A stretch of 42,124 bases of DNA from an uncultured Phycisphaera sp. (GTDB lineage Bacteria > Planctomycetota > Phycisphaerae > Phycisphaerales > UBA1924). The first letter of the stretch is position 1. Every line of letters begins with the position of its first letter. Below, piece by piece: positions 18,266-27,400 of the stretch. Under the pieces are notes generated by a model. That model did no database searches. It was not told where the DNA came from and worked only from the letters and a program-made list of their open reading frames with translations. The stretch is taken from the NCBI GenBank assembly GCA_963977205.1, contig CAXBOF010000001.1:1-42124 (forward strand), given 5' to 3'. The position numbers and the translations under genes were made by a program.

Positions 18266-18641
18266 CGGCAATGGCGACCGCAGCGCCCGCAGCCAAATAG
18301 ATTTGCGCATCGCCCGTACTCGGATTTCCCACCACCGTCGTCGCCAGCAGCACAATGGTGGCCACCTGCGCGCGTCAGTCGGGTGGCGGGCCGTGTTCCG
18401 GGAATGCACCGACCATCGCAACGTCCAGCAGAATGTCGCGAGCACAGTCGGACGCGGACGAGGGCAGCCGGCCCTGACAGAATTCCGTCGCCACCGGCGC
18501 CAGCGCCAGCAGCAGGCACAGCTCGGCAGTCACCATCGCCGCCAGGCTCCACCCCACATCCCCCACGGCCGCCCAGCCCAGCAGAAGGAGCATCGCCAGA
18601 GCCCACGCCCCCAGCACGACCCATCCGCTGACCGTGGCCAT
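18105..18641 (-). CDS. Small membrane protein, complement(join(18105..18365,18414..18641)), 162 aa
   Basis: ATG 18641 lies 31 nt after a minus-strand TATATC. Hydrophobic MATVSGWVVLGAWALAMLLLLGWAAV... A 48-nt GTCGGT..CTGAC..CAG intron (phase 0) joins to VATIVLLATTVVG... The last ~160 nt overlap the 3' end of the convergent 16751..18265 gene, so the 3' end is uncertain. Confidence 0.5.
18366..18413 (-). other. Intron, 48 nt (minus strand)
   Basis: Minus-strand GTCGGT...GACTGACgcgcgCAG, phase 0. Removes an in-frame stop. Confidence 0.6.
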
Positions 18642-18672
18642 TGCACCACCATAAGAGGCTATGTCTTCCGTC

Positions 18673-18678
18673 GATATA
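18673..18678 (-). promoter_or_regulatory. TATA box (TATATC on minus strand)
   Basis: 31 nt upstream of minus-strand ATG 18641. Confidence 0.4.
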
Positions 18679-18691
18679 GGCACCCCTGCCG

Positions 18692-19835
18692 ATGCACATT
18701 TCGGGCCGGTGGTGCAACCCAGGCTCTCCCGGATTCGGCCTCGATGCCAAAGACGTCAATGGAGTCGCCTCTCGGCTCGTCGGTTCGTGTCCGCTTCCGC
18801 AATGGCCGCGCCGACCGCACTCACCGCGCCGACCGCAGGCAGGCCGCTCACCTACGAGCACACGGGCATCATCGAGGCCGCAGAGAATGCCCTCACCGCC
18901 ACAGGGGACATCAGGGCGGCCGACGTCGAGGCCCGGCTCGCAGCCAACACGGGCGCAGCGGCGCCCATCGGAAAGGTGGTGGCGGCCGATCGGCACGGGC
19001 GGTATCCGCTCCCCGCACACGCACGCCCGTTAGAGCCCGTTCTGATCCCGCCCGGAAGGTTTGTGGCCGCAATCGACGAGGGACTGCCCATGACGGCCGA
19101 GGCGGTTCGACAGCGGTACTTCGCCGTCAGCCTCACTCATGTGGGCGCCTCGAAGGAGCCGCTCGAGCTCAGCCTCACGACAGACCCCGCACGGCGGGAC
19201 GCATGGATCAAGGCGCACTATAAGGGCCAGTCGACGCGGCTGTCACAGCTCCAACAGCTCCTTAAGATGGCCGACGAATCCGCCCCTGCCCCCAGCCCCC
19301 TCGAGGCTGCGCTCGCCTCGATCACCGACCCCGAGCAGCGTGCTGCCATCGAGGCACAGCTTCGGGCGTACGAGAGCAAGTTTACGTCGCACGAGGACAA
19401 GATTGCCGAGCTGTCGAAGCACGCGAGTACGGACGAGGAGATTGTGAGGCAGCTTGCCGCCGGGCTCGTCGCGCAGTTCCAGGACCAGGCCGCCCCCCTC
19501 GGGCACGCCGACCCGGACCAGGTTGCCCCCCGCCCGCCTCGCATCCCCGACCCGGTTTAATGTGCCCGCAAATCCAGGTGATGAAGAGCCCTTTTGCGAT
19601 GCGCCAGCTTCTCGAGGTGTGCAGCCGGGGCTTTGCCGACCGCCGGGCCGCCGCATCCGGCGCTGGGGCCGCCATGGAGGTGTCGACGCCCGCACCGGTC
19701 GCAGTGCCCGAGGTGCCCGCCATTGCCGAGTCGTCGACGTCCGCCGAGGAGCCCCCGACTAAACGGGCCCGCGGTCGCAATGGTGTCAGCTCGGAGGACG
19801 CCCTGCTCCGCGCCTTTCAGCGCCGCTTCGATTAA
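18692..19835 (+). CDS. Assemblin-like maturation protease fused to scaffold (tentative), join(18692..18782,18839..19521,19578..19835), 343 aa
   Basis: The spliced N-terminus gives ...ASRLVGRPLTYEHTG (cf herpesvirus assemblin PLNINHD, catalytic His). RYFAVSLTHVGASKEP matches YLPSVSLATKRLGGEA (catalytic Ser). LELSLTTDPARR matches FAHVALCAIGRR. The C-terminal half is coiled-coil-like, and the proposed last exon ends in the amphipathic SSEDALLRAFQRRFD. All comparisons are from memory. Unspliced alternative end: 19560. Confidence 0.5.
18783..18838 (+). other. Intron, 56 nt (protease-scaffold gene)
   Basis: GTTCGT...CTCACcgcgccgaccgCAG, phase 1, frame 2 -> 1. Creates the RPLTYEH context. Confidence 0.5.
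19522..19577 (+). other. Intron, 56 nt (protease-scaffold gene, tentative)
   Basis: GTTGCC...TTAATgtgcccgcaaatcCAG, phase 0. Bypasses stop 19558..19560 and appends an 85-aa C-terminal exon. Confidence 0.4.
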
Positions 19836-19904
19836 CTTCACCACCACCACCGCCACACCCCCCCAAAGTAGCACAACGCCCCTCGTCGTGTAAATGAACT
19901 CTCA

Positions 19905-21425
19905 CTACATCGCCGCTTGGGGAAAGAACTCGTCCAGCTCAGTACCCGTTGGTTTGGCGCCCTCCGGGAATGTAGCCAGTGCCGCGACAGCACCACCGTC
20001 GTTTTGCCTGTCAGCCTTGTTCTTGTTCGCATATTTGCTCAAGGCACTTTTGGTGTTTGCGATCCACCCCGCGTCGAATAATTCCTTGGCAGAATCACTG
20101 TTCAGGATCGTTTTGTACTCTTCAGTCTTCGGCTTCGCCACATCCTTGGTGAGATCTTTCATCGATTCCATAAGGAACAGAGGAATCCTGAACGCAAGCC
20201 TGCCCGCGGCCGAAGCTGTTGCCGTGCCCGCCGTGCTCTGATACACAACCTCTGGAGCCCTAGGGAAGAGAGAGGCAACCCCGCTTCGTTCTGCCCTTTC
20301 GCGGATCGCCTTCACGGATTCACCAAGTGCAACAGCTTCCGCATAACCAGCACTAAAGCTGGGCTCGGACCCAAGGGCCTCGAAGCGGGTAAGTTGCCTG
20401 CCGAGGAGTGTGGACATGGCTAAAAGCCTTGGCAAGTTCGTGACTTCAGCGTCCAGGATCAAACCTATCAGAGCCACCGTTCGGTTAAGCTCCTCTGCCA
20501 GTGGGAGTGCGTGTTTCGCAGCCATAATCTTTGCTCTCAGTTCGCCGAGGAGGGTGTTGGTTGCGTCAGTATCACTGTTCGTTGGATCGTTTGCTGCTTC
20601 GAACGCACTTGCAACTGGTGCCCCAAACCGCGCCGCGAGAGCAGCGTCCGGGCTCTCCTGGAGTTCCTTGATCAGACCCAAAACTTCGAGTGCAAGATCT
20701 CCACGGCCGGTCTGATATTTGGCCAGGGGGCCTTCGTCGGAAATCATTGTTGTCAGTACGCTGTCGAGGTCGGGATAAATACTCTTGAAATCCACATCGT
20801 TTTGTATAGTCGTTATTTCCGTTTTCCAACTGCCCGGGGCCGCACCCAGAGTCGCAGCAGCCGGAGTCGAAGGAACCGCAGTCTTAGGCGCCGCACCCCC
20901 ACCCGCAGTCGCAGCAGCCGGAGTCGAAGGAACCGCAGTCGCCGCTTTCTGGACAGCAGCAGCAGCAGTCGCAGCCGCCACGTTCACAATGTGGTCGAGT
21001 TCGACCCTCGCGCCCGGGTAAAAGTAATCGGGTTCAGTTTCGTGCTTCTTGAGGCAGAGGGCGTACGGGTGGCGCGGGTTGGTCGTTTCGACCGGGGTCA
21101 CCTTTTCGAATGGAAATGGGCGGCCGGACGGGCCATACGAGACGTCGGCGTTGGGGTCGCAGCGGTCGATGAACGAGTTGAGGGCGACGGGCGTGTACTC
21201 GTCCCGCTGGATAGTCACGACGCCCCGGGAGGCAATGACGCGGAAGATTCCATCCCCGTCAGGCGGAACGGCGGATTTATTCACCAGTTGCAGGTAGCTC
21301 TTGTTGCGTTCGTCGTATGGGCCAGCCTCCGGGACGGGCTCAAAGGTGTAGATGCAGCCCGGGTGGAGCGGCACTTTGGCCTGGAGGCCGTTGGCGACCT
21401 TGACGAAAAAAGTCTGGGACAACAT
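19905..21425 (-). CDS. Hypothetical protein, 506 aa: beta-rich N-domain, Ala/Thr/Pro linker with 19-aa repeat, helical C-domain
   Basis: Start at ATG 21425 (MLSQTFFVKV...), 36 nt from the shared TATATAT. The longer track ORF upstream is a shadow of the plus-strand gene. The C-terminal two thirds have visibly lower GC than the neighbours. Confidence 0.75.
   Translation of the reverse strand: MLSQTFFVKVANGLQAKVPLHPGCIYTFEPVPEAGPYDERNKSYLQLVNKSAVPPDGDGIFRVIASRGVVTIQRDEYTPVALNSFIDRCDPNADVSYGPSGRPFPFEKVTPVETTNPRHPYALCLKKHETEPDYFYPGARVELDHIVNVAAATAAAAVQKAATAVPSTPAAATAGGGAAPKTAVPSTPAAATLGAAPGSWKTEITTIQNDVDFKSIYPDLDSVLTTMISDEGPLAKYQTGRGDLALEVLGLIKELQESPDAALAARFGAPVASAFEAANDPTNSDTDATNTLLGELRAKIMAAKHALPLAEELNRTVALIGLILDAEVTNLPRLLAMSTLLGRQLTRFEALGSEPSFSAGYAEAVALGESVKAIRERAERSGVASLFPRAPEVVYQSTAGTATASAAGRLAFRIPLFLMESMKDLTKDVAKPKTEEYKTILNSDSAKELFDAGWIANTKSALSKYANKNKADRQNDGGAVAALATFPEGAKPTGTELDEFFPQAAM
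20851..20940. repeat. Coding tandem repeat: identical 33-nt core repeated at 57-nt period
   Basis: GTCGCAGCAGCCGGAGTCGAAGGAACCGCAGTC at 20851..20883 and 20908..20940. Encodes TAVPSTPAAAT twice in the linker of the minus-strand gene. Confidence 0.85.
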
Positions 21426-21461
21426 GGCCGTGTCCGTTTGTGCATTCCCCCTGGCAAAGTG

Positions 21462-21468
21462 TATATAT
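21462..21468. promoter_or_regulatory. Bidirectional TATA element (TATATAT)
   Basis: The only AT-rich element in the 69-nt divergent spacer. 26 nt from plus-strand ATG 21495 and 36 nt from minus-strand ATG 21425. Confidence 0.55.
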
Positions 21469-21494
21469 GCCGCGATATCTAGAGGCACTCGGGC

Positions 21495-24400
21495 ATGGCA
21501 GCCATCCTTGCGGCCGCGGCCGTTGCGGTCGACACTCAGCCGGGGCAGGCGTTGTACCTCGGACCCATGGTCAACCTCACTCTGAATGACGAAACGTGTC
21601 CTCCGATCGGCGACGGCGACGTCCTGATGCTGGACGAGGGCCTCATCGAGGAACAGCCGCGCGGCGACTATCTCGTCATCCCAAACGAGTGCGACACGAG
21701 CGGCTACTTCAGCGATCACTATCTCGACGCCAATATTGATTCGTGGCGGTGGCAGACGCAGGCGCTTGATCGGATTGCGTGCAACTGTCGGAACGATTAC
21801 CCGGCGTGGCTGACGCTGCGGGGTCCCGATGTTTCCAATCAGGGCATCTGCGACTCGTACGAGACGGCGTACGGATGGCTGTACGGCGAACCCTCCGAGA
21901 CGATCAAGTGGATGACGGTCCCGCCGCAGTACAACATCTCCATTCCCAACGGCTACAGCGGCCAGCAGTTTCAGAACCCCGACCCAAACTCCAAACGCAA
22001 AACGCTCATCTGCAACTCGACCAACATCATTCAAAAGGCCAACCAGTGCGTCCCGCGCCGCCGTGGTTCTCCTGACACGCCGCTGACTCTGCCGCAGATG
22101 CTTCCACAACAGCGAGTACGAGGAAATGCTGATCCCGATCAACCAGGGCATCCTGAACGAGACCGAGGCGCAGTGCCGGAACGAGTCCGAAGCCAACTAC
22201 GACTTTCAGATCGACTGCTGCGTCAACGCCACCATCGAGGGCGAAGATCCCGCCTGGTTTGTCAGACGGGACATTTTCTTTGCGGTGCCACCCTCTTTAT
22301 TTTTTGTGAACCCGGCCCAGCCTTTTCTGACTGCCGCTTTTAGGCGGGATGCGAGTCGACGACGCGGGCGCTGAACAATGGGGATGGGCGGTGAGTGTGT
22401 CGGGCCGTGTTCCTCTGCCGGCAGCCTGACGGCCCGCAGGTTCCACACGGGCGCCGAGCAGGGCTGGACCCGCGGCATGTTTTCCAAACTGGGCACCACG
22501 TCGACGCTCAACATTACCGAAACCATCAAGGCCCTCGTGGTGCCGAAGGCCTATGCCCCAGACAGTACACGGTCATCCGAAGACGGCCCGGGCTTCAATG
22601 GAGTCTGCATCCCCGACGACGCCGATCTGCCTTCCTCGCTGAACTACGAGCCGTATTCCCAGAAGACGGCGACGCCGGGCAGCAATACGGGTACCGAGCT
22701 CCACACCACGAGCATGGTGCCGCGCCGTCTGCGCACCTTTGGCGCCGGTTCCGCGCCGAACCCGCTGCACGGAAGTCCAAAGGCCGTCAAGCGATGGGCG
22801 CTGCATTTTCTCATCGGGTTCAACGAGACGCTGGCCGACACGCCTCCTCTGGGGACCTACTTCAATCCCGTTCACTATGCGCGCCAGTTTATTCAGGTGC
22901 GTGTGCGTCCCTGCGCCACCGTCCGCCGCCGTCTCATTCGCCTCAGGTCAACCCCGACGGACGCGTGTACGAGAGCGGCACCCACAATCTCACCGACAAC
23001 CTGCACATGCTGCCGTGGGTTCGGAACTATGCCTCCAGCCGCCGCGGCGTCAGTCCGGGCATTCTGTACAACGTGACCAAGGGGGCGTACATCGTCTCTG
23101 AGGGCCCTCCGGCATACAAGCTCGACGACTACTTCCGCATCTGTCCCAAGGCGAGCCGCCGCGCCACGGTCGCTGTGCCCCGCCATCTGACGGCACCGCA
23201 GGATTACTCTGAGGGCGCTGGGCACCCGCTGGTACAATCCTACCGCGCCGCCGTTCCGCCTGCAGTGGTCTGAGCCCGCCCGCAGGCATCGTACCAGTTT
23301 TTCGTGCAGCCGGGCACCGACGACTACTACTGGGAGCGGAATGACGAGGACGTGCTGGGGGACAAGGGGTTTGTGAAAAAGCTTTACCCGAAGGGCCCTT
23401 CGGACGCCAAGAACCAGTTTGCCCCCGACACTTCGACGCAGTACAACTGCGCCATCGAGGCGATTGACGGGCTTCCCTCGGGGTCGCCCTTTTGGAAGGC
23501 GCCGCCGCTCGAGACCAAAGGATGGGGATCGTTTGGCAAGGACCTCAACTTTCTGATCAACTGCACGTCGCTCACAGGAGGTGCGCCGCCGAATGACATG
23601 GTCGACTGGCCAAGCATCATCAAGGAGCTGGGCGGGTACAACAATGTGCCGACGGCCGGGAAGGTTGGCACCGAATCCGTGGCGGGCCGTGTGCCGATTC
23701 CACGCCAATCTCACGCGCCCGCAGGTGACGCCGCAGGTCCTCATCAACCAGAACAATACACTGACGGCCAACAATGTTTTCGAAGTCGTAACCAACGGAA
23801 GTGCTGCCGTGTTCTTTGTCACCTTTGGGGACGAGTCGACATCGAGCGAACAGAGCCCGCCGCCGATGACGAGGGCGACGTATACAAAGTGCTCCAACGC
23901 CGGTGCGTCGCAGGGCCCTCGGTCCCGAGGCTTTCTGATTCCCATCGAGACGCTCTTTGCGACGACTCTGACCAAGGGAGGGGGCCCCGAAATCAAACTG
24001 GCGCTTGCGTCCGGGCAGGGCGCTCGATCGGACGCCGCCGGCAGCATTGTGGCCGCCGTTGCTGCCGAGTATGGGTTTGTCGGGTCTGTGCACCCGGACC
24101 AGATGTACGGGGCTGCCTATGCCGTTCTGGGCATTGACGATTTTGTGGCGCACAACCACGCGGGCGCCGGCACCCTTTTCCCCGATCAGGCCGTGCTGGG
24201 CTCGCGACCGCGCATCGACGACCTTGTGGGCAACATGGACACGGAGGACACGGACATCCGAAAGTCGATGACGGGGTCATGCGGGCAGATCAACGACATG
24301 CCGGCGCCCGGCACCAGAACGGGGTTTCTGGCAGAAGGCGGAAAGGCGAGCAACCGCCGTGTTCAGCGGCACGGCGTGTGGAGACCCCAGTTTTGCTGCC

Positions 24401-27400
24401 GACGGGTCGTTCGGGAAGGATCAGTGGAACCATCTGGACTCTGTATTCTACCACCAGTTTGTGAATCAGTACAACCTCCCAGGCTTCCAGATGAGCCTGG
24501 CTGGCGGCGACGACGATATCAGCACGAAGATTCCGCGCCCGCCAAACGCCGTTCCCGAGCCGACCGCCTACAATTCGCAACTTAACGCCGAGAACGACTG
24601 CTGGGCCCACCTGAGCGTCGGGGGCTGCGGAAACAACGGCGCGTGGAGCGCCCTCCCCGACTGCGCCCGTGACTCATTTGGGTCTCCAGGGGGCGATTTC
24701 CACTGCTTTGGGGGCGCAGACGGCGGCAACTACGTCGCCGACAACCCGGCGTGTGATCCGCGACAGTACGGAATAGACCTAAATGGAGGCCAGAAGGGGT
24801 GCACCAATGCGCGGGCGCGCTTCAAGGCATCTTCGGACTACTCGGTGAGCCCTTCGTCTGGGTCTGCGGATGGCGGTGCTGACTGCAGCGGCGCAGGTGT
24901 GGCCCTTTGTGGGCACTGGAGACGTCAACTACTCAATCTCTGGGACTGCGTATGGAACGGCAGTGCCAACCGGGCTCTTTGTGAGCAACAGGTTCAACGT
25001 GGAGTACCTGCAAAGGGAGGACAGGTTCGCGGAATCTACCGACAATGATGCCACCGGTTCGGAGCCAATACCGACGCTGAATGAATTCCTGGCTGTGGCC
25101 GCAAAGCGGGGCGCGTCCAACCCGTACGCCGTCATCAAACAGCTGTACCCCCACATGGTCTTTCCAAACGACGATGGCAAGTACGCCACCAACCTGTCGT
25201 CCATGAACGCCTTTGAGAGCTGCCAGTGCTTTGCGGGCCCCCTCAACAGCGACGGGCTGCCAAACTATCAGGCGTACAGCGACTACAGTGGCGGCGATGC
25301 GTTGGCGAAGAGCGATGGGGATCGCGTCACCTGGGGATGCACTGCTCAGGGCCCCGGGGGTTCGGCGGTCATGGGGAACGCCCCAGACCACGAACGGTGT
25401 GCCCCGAAGCGCCAGGGCGGCCATACGACGTTATGGCGGTGCTCTGGGCGAAAGGGCGGTGGCCACAGCTGCTACACGACCCGTCGCCCACAGACTCCCG
25501 GGCCCTTTCCGCGGAACGCAAACTGGGCCGATGCAGACATTCTGCGGCAGGGAACCTCAACGCCACCGAGCATTTCCGACGACGACATTGTTGCCAAGTT
25601 CGGCGGGAGTGGTGTCAAGCCCCGATGGTGGACAAAGGCGCTCGACGGTCTCCCCGCCGTCCGGGCCGGCGTCCTGGCGCTCATTGACGAATCCATCTGG
25701 AAGAACCCGGAGAAATGGCTGTCGACCAAAACGGCGTTCAAGAAGCGCCTGTACCGTGTGTCCAACCCGGACATGACTGAATTCGGGTACGCGGATCTCG
25801 AGGCGTTTCTGGATGTCGGCATCCTGGACATTGGCGATGCCGAGGATACCATGTTCGTCGTCCCCAATCGCGCGGACGAGCAAGCCCTGTACGTGAGGAC
25901 CGAAACCCGAGACCTCTGCAACGATTTCGGCCGCACGGGCGATAACAACACGGACTGGGCGGCGCACACGCTGACGGACGACCTCTTCAGGGCCGTGACG
26001 ACCGGAACGCCCGTCGAGTACGCAACCGAGGACCCTGCGGCCTACTGGAACATGACGGGCGATGTCGCAGTCTGCGCTGGAAATCTGCACGGCATGCCCA
26101 GCAACATGCCCGGTGCGCGCCAAAGCCCAGCCCCCTCTGCGTCCCGTTCGCTGACGGCTCCGCAGGCGTGTGCGGCCCCATTCCTGCACTCGAGGCGGCG
26201 TCGGCTGCGAGCCGGAATCTCAACGATGTGCCGTGTTCCCGCACCGGCATCGAGCTCCCCGTGTGCGGCAATCCCAGTTTCAATACGCACGATAGGACGA
26301 TGCGGCCCATCCTGGAGGGGTCCCAGTACGCGCACTACTGCAGTCCCACGTCAGGGATCGAGGGGTACGTCAATAGGAGCGTCGGCACCAGTCCCACGCT
26401 GCTGCAGTGTTTTGACGACGTTCTGGTACGCGGGTCTCGCAGCGTCCGCGCGGCGCCTTCTGACCCCATTGCCGCAGACGCCCTCGGACCGCGCGCAGTT
26501 TTGCTTTGGCGGTGGGTACGCCGGACTTAGGGGACTCCAGATGCCAAAGACGCGCCCTGCATCCCGCGTGTGCGACTCGACCACCGTCAACGCCGAGGGC
26601 AGCAGCGGCACCAGCACGTGCCTCGCGTTTGCGGGAGACCCCATTTGGACGGTGCAAAAGGTGCTCGATCAGGGCGATTTGACCTTTCCGGACGCCAGCG
26701 GGTACGGCGTGATTGTCGTTCCGGTGCGGCACACGCAGCGCGCCTTAACATGCCGGGCACTGACGGCGCGCCCAGGTCAATTACAGCATTGTGCGCCGGC
26801 TGCCCATGACGCTGGCGTACGAGGACGTGACGGTCGCCAATCGGTTTCAGGGCTCCCAGGCGTCCGAGGTGCACGTCACGCGGCTCCCGGATGGGTTTCC
26901 GTTCAAGACTGTGCCGACAAAGCTTGTGAACCAAAAGTCCGTCCTCAAGACCGCCATGTGCGGCGCCGACTTTAAGAACATGAACGCCCCCCAATCGTCG
27001 GATCCCCTGGAACGGCTTGCCAAGGTGATTGAGGCGCTGTTGGCCACGGACGGGTTCTGCACCGTCAGTCCCACCGAGAGCGTGCCGTGCCGCGGGGGGT
27101 ACTGTGTGCCCTTTCTCGAGTCGCAGGGGTCGGTGGTCCACACCTCGTGCGTGACCGAGGCTGAGATGTTTCCCCCGATTGCGGATACGGCGATCGAGGT
27201 GAAGCGGGGCAACGTGACGCTCAATCCATCGACGGCGTTTCAGAGGCCACTGTACTTTGGGGGCGTCGGGGGCAACACTCCGACATCGTGCGTCCGGGTC
27301 ACGGTGGGCGGTGCCGCGTTCAGAATGAGCGACGTTGTCTTTGATCAGACGGGGTGCGAGAGCCTGGCCGTGGCCGACCGCATCCCGGTTCTGTACGGCG

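Noticed and set aside
5320-24047. Other long antisense or off-frame ORFs (5320..6474-, 6477..7469-, 8909..9889-, 14819..15730-, 15226..16371-, 16469..17647-, 18028..19020-, 18189..19223+, 22893..24047-, 27841..28734-, 36483..37356-)
   Set aside because: All are Arg/Gly/Pro/His-rich and low in GC3 relative to the overlapping frame I annotate. They carry no motifs and no TATA/ATG context. Such ORFs are expected by chance in DNA this GC-rich because stop codons are rare.
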